Below are positions 55,662 through 64,000 of a DNA stretch of 64,000 nucleotides, piece by piece (position 1 is the first letter of the stretch; every line of letters starts with the position of its first letter). Below the pieces are notes generated by a model. It made no database searches. It was given only the letters and a program-made list of their open reading frames with translations, and was not told the DNA's origin. Position numbers and translations under genes: made by a program. The DNA is taken from NCBI GenBank assembly GCA_938009115.1, contig CALLHZ010000037.1, positions 3,230 through 67,229 of the forward strand. Direction: 5' to 3'. Source of the DNA: an uncultured Clostridia bacterium (GTDB lineage: Bacteria > Bacillota > Clostridia > Peptostreptococcales > Anaerovoracaceae).

Positions 55662-57200
55662 ATGAGCGAAGAAGAAAGAAGATCCCAGCAGGAGACCCTG
55701 CCGGAAGAAAACATTCCCGAAGAAGACCTGGGCGAGCAGCAGCAGATCCGAAGAGAAAAGCTAGCCCGGCTGCAGGCCATGGGCCGAAACCCGTTTCTTG
55801 CGGAAAAATGGGATGTGAATGCCTGGAGCGGCGATATCAAAGAGCAATTCGAAGCCTTGGAGGGCAAACAGGTATCCATGGCCGGACGCATCATGGCCAA
55901 GCGGCAAATGGGAAAAGCTTCTTTTATCGACATTCAGGACAAACAGGACCGGATCCAGTGCTATGTCCGCCAGGACGCCCTGGGCCCCGAAGAATATGAA
56001 ATTTTTCTGACCTATGATCTGGGCGATATCGTGGGGATCACCGGAGAGGTGTTCCGGACCCGGCATGGGGAAATATCGATCCGGGTGGAAACTCTTTGCC
56101 TTCTCACAAAATCCCTGACGCCGCTTCCCGACAAGTGGAAAGGGCTGAAGGATCAGGACCAGCGGTACCGTCAGCGCTATGTGGATCTCATTGTGAATCC
56201 CGAGGTGCGCCAGATGTTCCGCAAGCGCACGATGATCATCCATGAGATCAAGCGTGTTCTGGAAGAGGACTACGGCTATCTGGAAGTGGATACGCCGATC
56301 CTGACCGTCATCGCCGGCGGCGCCAACGCCCGTCCTTTTTCGACCCATCACAACACTCTGGATCTGGACATGAAGCTTCGGATCTCCAACGAGCTGTATC
56401 TCAAGAGGCTGATCGTCGGCGGCTTGGACCGGGTCTATGAAATGGGGAAAATGTTCCGCAACGAAGGCATGGACCGGAACCATAATCCCGAATTTACCAG
56501 CATGGAATGCTACATGGCCTATGCGGACATGGAAGCCGTGATGGACGTAACGGAGCAGGTGGTTTCCAAAGCTGCTATGGCCGCAAACGGAACCATGAAG
56601 ATCACTTATCAAGGAAAGGAATTCGATCTGACGCCGCCCTGGAAAGTCATCGACATGGGCGACGCCGTCCGGGAGATCACCGGTGTGGATTTTTCCGAGA
56701 TCGAAACCGATGAACAGGCCCGGGCTGCCGCCGTGAGGGCCGGCATGGAAGCCGATGACGTCAAGGGGCTTTCCCGCGGAAAGATCCTGGCAGAAATGTT
56801 TGAGACATTTTGCGAGGATGCGCCCGGTTTTCTGGACGGTCCGGTGTTCATCACAGGGCACCCCACCGAAATATCGCCTCTCTCCAAGAGAGATCCCCGG
56901 GACCCCCGGATCACCAGGCGTTTTGAGGCCTATATCAACGGCTGGGAGATCGCCAATGCCTTCTCCGAACTCAACGATCCCATCGACCAGCTGGAGCGCT
57001 TCCGCGTGCAGCAGGCTCAATTGGATACCGGAGAGGACGAAGAAGCTCATCCCATGGACGAAGATTTCGTCTATGCTCTGGAAGTAGGCCTGCCGCCTAC
57101 CGGCGGTCTTGGCATCGGCATCGACCGGGTGATCATGCTGATCACCGACGCGCCCAGCATCCGGGACATCATTCTCTTCCCCACCATGAAGCCGCTGTAG
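55662..57200 (+). CDS. lysS: lysyl-tRNA synthetase (class II)
   Basis: OB-fold [49 protein letters not shown]. Confidence 0.95.
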   Translation: MSEEERRSQQETLPEENIPEEDLGEQQQIRREKLARLQAMGRNPFLAEKWDVNAWSGDIKEQFEALEGKQVSMAGRIMAKRQMGKASFIDIQDKQDRIQCYVRQDALGPEEYEIFLTYDLGDIVGITGEVFRTRHGEISIRVETLCLLTKSLTPLPDKWKGLKDQDQRYRQRYVDLIVNPEVRQMFRKRTMIIHEIKRVLEEDYGYLEVDTPILTVIAGGANARPFSTHHNTLDLDMKLRISNELYLKRLIVGGLDRVYEMGKMFRNEGMDRNHNPEFTSMECYMAYADMEAVMDVTEQVVSKAAMAANGTMKITYQGKEFDLTPPWKVIDMGDAVREITGVDFSEIETDEQARAAAVRAGMEADDVKGLSRGKILAEMFETFCEDAPGFLDGPVFITGHPTEISPLSKRDPRDPRITRRFEAYINGWEIANAFSELNDPIDQLERFRVQQAQLDTGEDEEAHPMDEDFVYALEVGLPPTGGLGIGIDRVIMLITDAPSIRDIILFPTMKPL

Positions 57201-57222
57201 ATCCCTGTCGGGAGGTAAGGAT

Positions 57223-58620
57223 ATGAAATACACAGACATCAGAGCATTATACAGATCAACAGAAGATTATGCGGCAAAGGAGGTCACGGTGGCCGGCTGG
57301 GTCCGAACGAACCGGAATTCCAACAAGTTCGGCTTTATCGAGCTGAACGACGGCACGTTCTTCAAATCGGTCCAGATCGTTTATGAAGACGACAAGCTGC
57401 CGAACTTTTCCGAAATCACCCGATATCCCATCGCTACGGCCCTGGTAGTGACCGGCCAGCTTGTCCTTACGCCGGAAGCCCTGCAGCCTTTCGAAATCAA
57501 GGCAGCCTCCGTTGCAGTGGAAGCACCTTCCGATCCGGATTACCCCCTGCAGAAAAAACGGCACAGCCTGGAATTCCTTCGGGAGCAGGGGCATCTGCGC
57601 CCTCGCACCAATCTTTTCAGCGCAGTCTTTCGCGTGCGTTCCATCGCCGCCTATGCTGTGCACCGGTTTTTCCAGGAAAGAGACTTTGTCTATGCCCATC
57701 CGCCCATCATCACCGGCAGTGACGCCGAGGGCGCCGGCGAGATGTTCCAGGTCACGACGCTGGATCTGAAGGACGTGCCCAAAAAACCGGACGGGACCGT
57801 GGACTTTGAGCAGGATTTTTTCGGAAAATCTGCAAACCTCACGGTAAGCGGGCAGCTGGAGGCAGAAATTTTTGCCCTGGCCTTCAAGAACACATATACC
57901 TTCGGTCCCACCTTCCGGGCCGAAAATTCCAATACCGCCCGTCATGCTTCCGAGTTCTGGATGATCGAGCCGGAGATCGCTTTTGCAGATCTTGGCGACA
58001 ACATGCGTCTCATCGAGGATATGGTCAAGTACATCATTTCCTATACTCTGGAGCACGCACCTGAGGAAATGGCATTCTTTGACGAGTTTGTCCAGAAAGG
58101 TCTGCTGGACCGGCTTCACCACATCGTCAGCTCGGACTTCGGTCGTGTTACCTACACGGAAGCCGTGGAGCTTCTGCAGCGCTCCGGAAAAGAGTTCCAG
58201 TTTTCTGTGGACCGGTGGGGCATCGACCTGCAGTCGGAGCATGAACGCTATCTGACGGAGGAAGTATTCAAAAAGCCTGTTTTTGTCACCGATTATCCCA
58301 AGGAGATCAAAGCCTTCTACATGCGTCTCAACGAGGACGGTAAGACTGTGGCGGCCTGCGATCTGCTGGTGCCCGGCATCGGCGAGATCGTGGGAGGAAG
58401 CCAGCGGGAAGAGCGTCACGACGTGCTGCTGGAAAAGATTTTGGCCAACGGCCTGAACCGGGAGGATTACTGGTGGTACCTGGAGCTGCGGAAATACGGC
58501 GGCGTCAAGCACTCGGGCTACGGACTCGGCTTTGAGCGGCTCATCATGTATCTGACGGGCGTGTCCAACATCCGGGATGTGATCCCCTTCCCAAGGACGC
58601 CCAGGACTGCGGAATTTTAA
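57223..58620 (+). CDS. asnS: asparaginyl-tRNA synthetase
   Basis: [58 protein letters not shown]. Confidence 0.95.
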   Translation: MKYTDIRALYRSTEDYAAKEVTVAGWVRTNRNSNKFGFIELNDGTFFKSVQIVYEDDKLPNFSEITRYPIATALVVTGQLVLTPEALQPFEIKAASVAVEAPSDPDYPLQKKRHSLEFLREQGHLRPRTNLFSAVFRVRSIAAYAVHRFFQERDFVYAHPPIITGSDAEGAGEMFQVTTLDLKDVPKKPDGTVDFEQDFFGKSANLTVSGQLEAEIFALAFKNTYTFGPTFRAENSNTARHASEFWMIEPEIAFADLGDNMRLIEDMVKYIISYTLEHAPEEMAFFDEFVQKGLLDRLHHIVSSDFGRVTYTEAVELLQRSGKEFQFSVDRWGIDLQSEHERYLTEEVFKKPVFVTDYPKEIKAFYMRLNEDGKTVAACDLLVPGIGEIVGGSQREERHDVLLEKILANGLNREDYWWYLELRKYGGVKHSGYGLGFERLIMYLTGVSNIRDVIPFPRTPRTAEF

Positions 58621-58622
58621 CC

Positions 58623-58652
58623 TTTACCCGGTCCGGACCCATATGATATACT
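58623..58652 (+). promoter_or_regulatory. candidate promoter for the EF-G paralog
   Basis: TTTACC (58623-58628), 18-nt spacer, TG-n-TATACT (58647-58652). Confidence 0.35.
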
Positions 58653-58696
58653 TTACCCGTTGTCAACAAATACAATAGTAGGAGGACGCGTAGAAC

Positions 58697-60634
58697 ATGA
58701 AAGGCTATACAAGTGAAAGTATCAGAAACATTGCGCTTGTAGGACACGGCGGATGCGGGAAGACCACTTTTCTCGAAGCTGCACTTCTTGCAACCGGGGT
58801 CATCAACCGACTCGGAAGAGTAGAGGATGGAAATACCGTAGCCGACTTCGACAAGATGGAGATCGAAAAAGGGTATTCCATCAGTGCATCGATCGTGCCG
58901 GTGGAGTACAATAAGGTGAAGCTCAACTTTATCGACACGCCGGGCTTTTTCGACTTTGTCGGCGAAGTGAACTCAGCCATGAGAGCTGTGGAAGCAGCGG
59001 CGATATTTGTGGACGCTTCCTCCGGTTTGCAGGTCGGCACCGAAAAGGCATGGAATTCCTGCGAGCAGTTCAATATGCCTAGGTTTTTCATCGTCAGCAA
59101 GACCGATAAAGAAAACGTGGATGTGGCCGGGACCATCGCGGCGATCCGTGAAAAATTCGGCGTATCCGCCGTACCCCTCGAAGACAGGGATTCCCTGAAC
59201 GAAGCCATCGCCGAGACCGACGAGGCCCTCATGGAAAAGTTCTTCGACGGTCAGGCTTACACCGACGAGGAATTCAGAAAAGGCCTGCTTGCGGGCATCG
59301 CAGCGGGCAGCATCGCGCCCATCATGGTGTGCAGCGCCCTTAAAGGCGAAGGCATCAAAGAGATCCTGGATTCCTTCCTCAAATATGCCCCCAAGCCTAC
59401 AGATCATCCCGCCTATGCCGCAAAGAACGACAAAGGCGAAGAGCTGGAGATCCTCTGCGGAGACGGTCATTCTTCCGCCTTTATTTTCAAGACCATCGCA
59501 GATCCTTTCCTGGGCAAGATTTCTCTTGCGAAAGTCATCACCGGAAAGCTTGTTCCGGGACAGGAAATCTATAACGGCAAAGCGGAAAAGCCCGAAAAAC
59601 TGGGCGCGATGTTCTTCCTCCGCGGGAAAAACCAGGGAGATTGTCCCGAGGTTTCCTTCGGTGATATCGTCGCTGTTGCCAAGCTTCAATATACGCAGAC
59701 CGGAGACACGTTGAGCGAAAAAGCCCACGTGGTGGAATACCCGGCTGTCGAATTCCCCCAGCCGACTCATTTCATCGCCGTGGAGCCAAAAGCCAAAGGC
59801 GACGACGAAAAAGTGGGCACCGGCCTCAAGAAACTGATGGAAGAAGATCCTTCTTTCGTCATCGAGCGGAATTCCGAAACTCATCAGATGCTCATCGGCG
59901 GCCAGGGCGACATCCAGATGAACATCATCACTGCCAAGCTGAAGGAAAAGTTCGGTGTGGATGTGCTGATCGTTCCCCAGAAGGTTGCTTACAGAGAAAC
60001 TATCAAAGGTACCTCCGATGTACAGGGCAAGCACAAAAAACAGTCCGGCGGCGCCGGTCAGTACGGCGACGTGTGGATCCGTTTCGGTCCCTCTCCGGAA
60101 GAATTTGAATTTGCCGAAGAGCTTTTCGGCGGTTCCGTGCCCAAGAACTATGTGCCGGCTGTCGAAAAGGGTCTCCGGGAATGCCTGGACAAGGGCCCCC
60201 TGGCCGGCTGCAAGGTCGTCAATATCAAAGCTGTTCTTCATGACGGTTCCTACCACGACGTGGATTCCAACGAAATGTCCTTCAAGATCGCCGCTTCCCT
60301 GGCGTTTAAGAAGGGGATCGTGGAAGCCAGACCGTGTCTGCTGGAGCCGGTCATGCACATGGAGATCCTGGTGCCCGACGAGTACACCGGCGACGTCATG
60401 GGCGATATGAACAAGCGGCGGGGCAAGATCCTTGGAATGGAACCCCAGCGGGGCGGCCTGCAAAAGCTGATCGCCGAAGCGCCGCAGGTCGAAGTTTTCG
60501 ACTACTCTATTTCCCTGCGCTCCATGACCCAGGCCAGAGGGAGTTTCACGATGCAGTTTGAGCGTTATGATGAAGTGCCCGGCAATCTGGCGGAAAAGAT
60601 CATTGCCGCCCATAAAGCCGAATCCGAAGAATAA
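58697..60634 (+). CDS. elongation factor G-like translational GTPase paralog with divergent G motifs
   Basis: G1 VGHGGCGKTT, G3 IDTPGFFDF, G4 position VSKTD. Domain IV tip is conserved (HDGSYHDVDSNEMSFKIA). 645 aa. Confidence 0.8.
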   Translation: MKGYTSESIRNIALVGHGGCGKTTFLEAALLATGVINRLGRVEDGNTVADFDKMEIEKGYSISASIVPVEYNKVKLNFIDTPGFFDFVGEVNSAMRAVEAAAIFVDASSGLQVGTEKAWNSCEQFNMPRFFIVSKTDKENVDVAGTIAAIREKFGVSAVPLEDRDSLNEAIAETDEALMEKFFDGQAYTDEEFRKGLLAGIAAGSIAPIMVCSALKGEGIKEILDSFLKYAPKPTDHPAYAAKNDKGEELEILCGDGHSSAFIFKTIADPFLGKISLAKVITGKLVPGQEIYNGKAEKPEKLGAMFFLRGKNQGDCPEVSFGDIVAVAKLQYTQTGDTLSEKAHVVEYPAVEFPQPTHFIAVEPKAKGDDEKVGTGLKKLMEEDPSFVIERNSETHQMLIGGQGDIQMNIITAKLKEKFGVDVLIVPQKVAYRETIKGTSDVQGKHKKQSGGAGQYGDVWIRFGPSPEEFEFAEELFGGSVPKNYVPAVEKGLRECLDKGPLAGCKVVNIKAVLHDGSYHDVDSNEMSFKIAASLAFKKGIVEARPCLLEPVMHMEILVPDEYTGDVMGDMNKRRGKILGMEPQRGGLQKLIAEAPQVEVFDYSISLRSMTQARGSFTMQFERYDEVPGNLAEKIIAAHKAESEE

Positions 60635-60646
60635 AACAAGTCCGCG

Positions 60647-60676
60647 GGAGCGCCTCAAAAGAGGCGCTCCTTTTTT
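60647..60676 (+). terminator. intrinsic terminator after the EF-G paralog
   Basis: ggagcgcctc-aaaa-gaggcgctcc followed by tttttt. Confidence 0.8.
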
Positions 60677-60775
60677 CTCCGGTGCAGCCAGTGGCCCAAA
60701 TGAGGGTAGATACTGTTCATTCACTCCGGAATGGACTATAATCTTATTTAGGGCGCGATCAGGAGGGACGCATTT

Positions 60776-61765
60776 ATGTATACAGAAACAGGAGCTCCTT
60801 TCAAAGGCAAAAAGCTGGAGCAACTAAAAGCATTTCTGAGCAAAGCGGGGCTGGATTACGAGGAAGGCGTCCATTTTTCGGTATGCCTTTATGAGGAAGG
60901 CGAGATCCTGGCTGCCGGCTCTCTGGATGACAATGTGTTCAAGTGTATCGCTGTCCGGGAAGACCGTCAGGGAGAAGACCTGGCGGCCAAGATCCTGACT
61001 GAATTGAAAAAAGAGGCTGTCCGCAGGGGAAAGACGCACCTTTTTTTGTTCACAAAGCCGGGCAATATCCGCATGTTTTCGGATTTCGGCTTTTACGCCA
61101 TCGCTTCCACGCCGGAGGCTCTTCTGATGGAAAACCGGAAGAACGGCGCACGGGACTACGCCCGTTCTTTGGCCGAGCCCTGCGCGGGCGTCATCGGCGC
61201 CGCAGTGGTCAACTGCAATCCTTTCACACTGGGACACCGCTATCTGGTGGAGACAGCCGCCGCCCGCTGCGACCTGCTTCATCTGTTCGTCCTCACCGAG
61301 GACCGAAGCCGTTTTCCCGCCCGGGACCGGCTGCAGCTGGTGCGGGCCGGCACTGCGGACATTTCCAATGTGCGGGTCCACGAAACCGGTCCTTACATGA
61401 TTTCCAGCGTCACGTTTCCAACGTATTTTATCAAAGATAAAACCCAATCCCAGGATATTGCCTGCCGCCTGGACCTGGAGATCTTCGTCCGGATCTTTGC
61501 CCGGGAAATGGGCATCTCGGTCCGCTTTGTCGGCACGGAGCCCAACTGCAGGGTCACTTCAGCCTATAACAGACAGATGCTGGCTTATCTGCCGCCTCTG
61601 GGGGTAAGGGTGGATGAGATCCCAAGAAAAGAGATCGACGGCGTCCCCATCAGCGCCAGCCGGGTAAGAGCCCTGATCGATCAGGGGGAGATCGAAAGGA
61701 CAGCAGAACTGGTCCCCCCGACGACATACGAATATATCCGCACTCATTATTCAAAGGAGAAGTAA
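60776..61765 (+). CDS. citC: [citrate (pro-3S)-lyase] ligase-like protein (GNAT-like N-domain plus nucleotidyltransferase domain)
   Basis: VVNCNPFTLGHRYLVE, HLFVLTEDRSRFP, SASRVRALI. No citDEF genes nearby. Confidence 0.75.
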   Translation: MYTETGAPFKGKKLEQLKAFLSKAGLDYEEGVHFSVCLYEEGEILAAGSLDDNVFKCIAVREDRQGEDLAAKILTELKKEAVRRGKTHLFLFTKPGNIRMFSDFGFYAIASTPEALLMENRKNGARDYARSLAEPCAGVIGAAVVNCNPFTLGHRYLVETAAARCDLLHLFVLTEDRSRFPARDRLQLVRAGTADISNVRVHETGPYMISSVTFPTYFIKDKTQSQDIACRLDLEIFVRIFAREMGISVRFVGTEPNCRVTSAYNRQMLAYLPPLGVRVDEIPRKEIDGVPISASRVRALIDQGEIERTAELVPPTTYEYIRTHYSKEK

Positions 61766-61766
61766 C

Positions 61767-62564
61767 ATGAAGTATTACATCATCGACGCATTTTCGGACA
61801 AACTGTTCGGCGGAAACCAGGCCGGCGTCTGTGTGCTGGATCATCCCATCGCGGCAGAGCTGATGCAAAACATCGCCATCGAAAACAAGTTTTCGGAAAC
61901 GGCATTTCTGGTGAAGCGCGAAGGATACTACGACCTGCGGTGGTTTACACCCGGCGGGGAGATCGATTTCTGCGGTCATGCGACCATGGGCTCGGCCTAC
62001 GTGATCAAGCAGTATCTGGAACCGGAGATCCGGGAGATCCATTTCCGCGCCCTTTGCGGCGAGCTGACGGTTACTTGCGAGAACGACCTTCTCACGATGA
62101 ACGCGCCCCGTTGGGTCCCCGAAGAGATCTCCGCGCCGGAAGGCCTCGAGGAAGCCCTGGGCGCAAAAATATTATATTGCGGCAAAACTCGTGACACGCT
62201 GGTCCTGCTGGACAGCGCGAAAACCGTACGGGAACTCGCGCCGGATATCGCCGCCCTGGCGAAGCTCACAGATGTGAAATGCGCCATCGTTACGGCGCCG
62301 GGAGACGAAAGTGATTTCGTCTGCAGAGTGTTTGCGCCTGCTTTCGGCGTGGACGAAGATCCGGTCACGGGTTCAGCTCACAGCACGCTGATCCCCTATT
62401 GGGCCGGGAAGCTGGGCAAAAACGAAATGTTGTCTCATCAGGTTTCCGCTCGGGGCGGTGTCCTGACTTGCAGGGATCTGCCCGGAGCCGGCCGGGTCGA
62501 AATGGCCGGAAAGGCAGTTTGTTATCTGATCGGGGACCTGCAGATCGACGCAAAGGAGGAATAG
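61767..62564 (+). CDS. PhzF-family isomerase/epimerase-like protein
   Basis: YIIDAFSDKLFGGNQAGVCVL, FSETAFL, FCGHATMG, EDPVTGSAH. Confidence 0.85.
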   Translation: MKYYIIDAFSDKLFGGNQAGVCVLDHPIAAELMQNIAIENKFSETAFLVKREGYYDLRWFTPGGEIDFCGHATMGSAYVIKQYLEPEIREIHFRALCGELTVTCENDLLTMNAPRWVPEEISAPEGLEEALGAKILYCGKTRDTLVLLDSAKTVRELAPDIAALAKLTDVKCAIVTAPGDESDFVCRVFAPAFGVDEDPVTGSAHSTLIPYWAGKLGKNEMLSHQVSARGGVLTCRDLPGAGRVEMAGKAVCYLIGDLQIDAKEE

Positions 62565-62568
62565 ATCG

Positions 62569-62649
62569 ATGAACTGGGGATTTTTACTGCCTATTCTGCT
62601 TGGGATCGCTGTCGGCGCTACCATCATGCAGATGAAGAACAGAGACTGA
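62569..62649 (+). CDS. candidate 26-aa single-TM micropeptide
   Basis: MNWGFLLPILLGIAVGATIMQMKNRD. AGGAGG lies 9 nt upstream, and the stop is 1 nt before the yhfC-like start. Confidence 0.35.
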   Translation: MNWGFLLPILLGIAVGATIMQMKNRD

Positions 62650-62650
62650 T

Positions 62651-63490
62651 ATGGACGGAAATCTGATCGGCGCGCCGCTGATGATCCCTTCGGAAAATCT
62701 GGCGGCCATGTGGGTGACGTTTTTCGTGACGGCGATCCTGCCGCTGGCGGGGGGCCTGTTTCTGATCCGTCGATGGAAGGGCGCCGGAACGGCGATCCTG
62801 GCCGGAGCCCTGGGCTTTTATCTTACCCAGATGGTGATCCGCATCCCGCTCCTTTCGGTGCCTTCTGTCGTTGCGTTTTTGAACGGGCTGTACGGGCAAA
62901 GTCCGATTGCTTATTTTCTGTTGATAGCTTTTACTGCGGGGCTTTTTGAGACTGCCGGCCGGCTTTTCGTCTTCCGGTCGCTTCTGCACAAGAGGCTCAG
63001 CTACCATACCGGCCTTGCGGCCGGCTACGGCCACGGCGCCGTGGAAGCCGTTGTTTTGATCGGCCTGACCTATGGAGCCAACCTGTACCTTTCCTACAGC
63101 GTCAATGGAGGCGCGCCCCTTCCCGAAGATCCGGCCACCGCTGCCGGAGTGGCAGAGCTGGCGTCGCTGCCTTATGCTGTTTTCCTGGCAGCAGGGCTGG
63201 AGCGTATCCTGACGGTTTGTTTTCATATCGCCGCCTCCCTGTATCTTTGCTTTATGGTCAGCGAAGGCAAATCAAGCAAAGGATTTCTGGTCTGCCTCGC
63301 CGCCCATACCGCGCTGGATTTTATCGTGCCTCAGATACAGGTTCGAACGGGATCCTACATGTTGAGTGAAGGCGCTATGGTTGCAGTGGCCGCGGCGTCT
63401 GTCCGGCTGATCCTGGAGCTGCGCAAGAAGTTCGCCCTGCGGGACATCCCTCCGGACCTGGCCGGAGAGGCTGCGGAAGAGGGATATTGA
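62651..63490 (+). CDS. YhfC-family intramembrane metalloprotease-like protein
   Basis: Polytopic. GLFETAGR and AAGYGHGAVEAVVL motifs, HTALDF near the C-terminus. Confidence 0.6.
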   Translation: MDGNLIGAPLMIPSENLAAMWVTFFVTAILPLAGGLFLIRRWKGAGTAILAGALGFYLTQMVIRIPLLSVPSVVAFLNGLYGQSPIAYFLLIAFTAGLFETAGRLFVFRSLLHKRLSYHTGLAAGYGHGAVEAVVLIGLTYGANLYLSYSVNGGAPLPEDPATAAGVAELASLPYAVFLAAGLERILTVCFHIAASLYLCFMVSEGKSSKGFLVCLAAHTALDFIVPQIQVRTGSYMLSEGAMVAVAAASVRLILELRKKFALRDIPPDLAGEAAEEGY

Positions 63491-63533
63491 CTCAACGAAG
63501 GGACCGCAAACGGCCCCGTGGAAAGGAGTATCT

Positions 63534-63845
63534 ATGTTAATGATCACGACGGAACAGATCCCCGGCAGGACTTACCGTGCGCTGGGCCTGGTCAAAGGAC
63601 AAACGGTTCATTCCAAAAATATCGGCAGGGACATCGCTGCCGGACTCAAGACGCTGGTAGGCGGCGAACTGACTGGTTATACGGAGATGATGACCGAAGC
63701 CAGAGCCCTGGCCACCAAGCGAATGATCGAGGAGGCCGAGGCCTTGGGCGCCGACGCTGTTGTCGGCCTGCGGTACGCGTCGGCGGCCATCATGCAGGGC
63801 GCTGCCGAGATCGTGGCCTACGGGACCGCAGTCAAGCTGGATTGA
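63534..63845 (+). CDS. YbjQ/UPF0145 family protein
   Basis: ITTEQIPGRTYRALGLVKG, GGELTGYTEMMTEAR, GADAVVGLRY. Confidence 0.85.
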   Translation: MLMITTEQIPGRTYRALGLVKGQTVHSKNIGRDIAAGLKTLVGGELTGYTEMMTEARALATKRMIEEAEALGADAVVGLRYASAAIMQGAAEIVAYGTAVKLD

Positions 63846-63897
63846 TCCGGCAAACCGTACAATATAACTGATAGAGCAAAAGGAGATACGCAATCAA

Positions 63898-64000
63898 ATG
63901 GAAAAAATGACTTCGAAGGAAATCAAAGCGCTGGCATACGAGCTTGGGGCAGATCTGTGCGGCATTGCCAGCGCCGATCGTTTCGGCGGCGCGCCGGCAG
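63898..64000 (+). CDS. 5' end of an ORF running out of the window (possibly an epoxyqueuosine-reductase/Fe-S reductase-like protein)
   Basis: RBS AAAGGAG, then MEKMTSKEIKALAYELGADLCGIASADRFGGAP. Only 34 codons are visible, so the product call is weak. Confidence 0.3.
   Translation, partial: MEKMTSKEIKALAYELGADLCGIASADRFGGAPA

Noticed and set aside
1-64000. Window-wide scan for CRISPR arrays, IS or transposase genes, integrases, tRNA/rRNA genes and long direct repeats.
   Set aside because: None was recognisable by eye. Intergenic space is minimal and every gap over 100 nt is accounted for by promoters, leaders or terminators. A computational repeat or tRNA scan would be needed to exclude short elements.

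Overview
This is a densely coding, GC-rich chromosomal segment. Its gene content looks like a strictly anaerobic Firmicute of the class Clostridia, which is an inference from content only. I annotate about 66 protein-coding genes, nearly all on the + strand. Reading by eye, I found no rRNA, tRNA, CRISPR array, IS or transposase, or phage genes.

Gene order along the window:
- A MacB-type ABC transporter whose ATPase and permease genes flank a multi-Ig-domain surface protein.
- rplM-rpsI behind a structured leader.
- A nine-gene purine operon (purE-C-F-M-N, a PurO-type IMP cyclohydrolase, an AICARFT-only purH, purD, fused purL) behind a ZTP (pfl) riboswitch with a terminator.
- The only multi-gene minus-strand block: bactofilin / cytoplasmic LRR protein / vWA-DUF2201 protein / AAA+ ATPase / bactofilin.
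- A divergently transcribed membrane protein with a degenerate GGDEF domain and an EAL domain.
- A 10-gene Mrp-like cation/proton antiporter cluster in E-F-G-B-C-D order with four antiporter-like subunits.
- A putative H2-sensing module: DRTGG, RsbW-like kinase, HydS-like [FeFe] hydrogenase, DRTGG, PHP phosphoesterase.
- A HydC / GHKL ATPase / HydD / HydB / HydA electron-bifurcating-type [FeFe] hydrogenase operon.
- Housekeeping genes: metG, tatD, fprA, tilS, ftsH, coaX, dusB, greA, lysS, asnS, a divergent EF-G paralog, a citC-like ligase, phzF, yhfC, ybjQ.

The best candidates for something undescribed are:
- The bactofilin-flanked AAA+/vWA/LRR operon.
- The atypical Mrp cluster lying next to the hydrogenase genes.
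- The PAS-less sensory hydrogenase module.
- Three motif-level anomalies read directly from the sequence: HydA L1 is TSCSPGW, the EF-G paralog has DTPGF in place of DTPGH, and the vWA protein has HTVLH in place of HExxH.

All family assignments come from motif recognition by eye. No searches were run.
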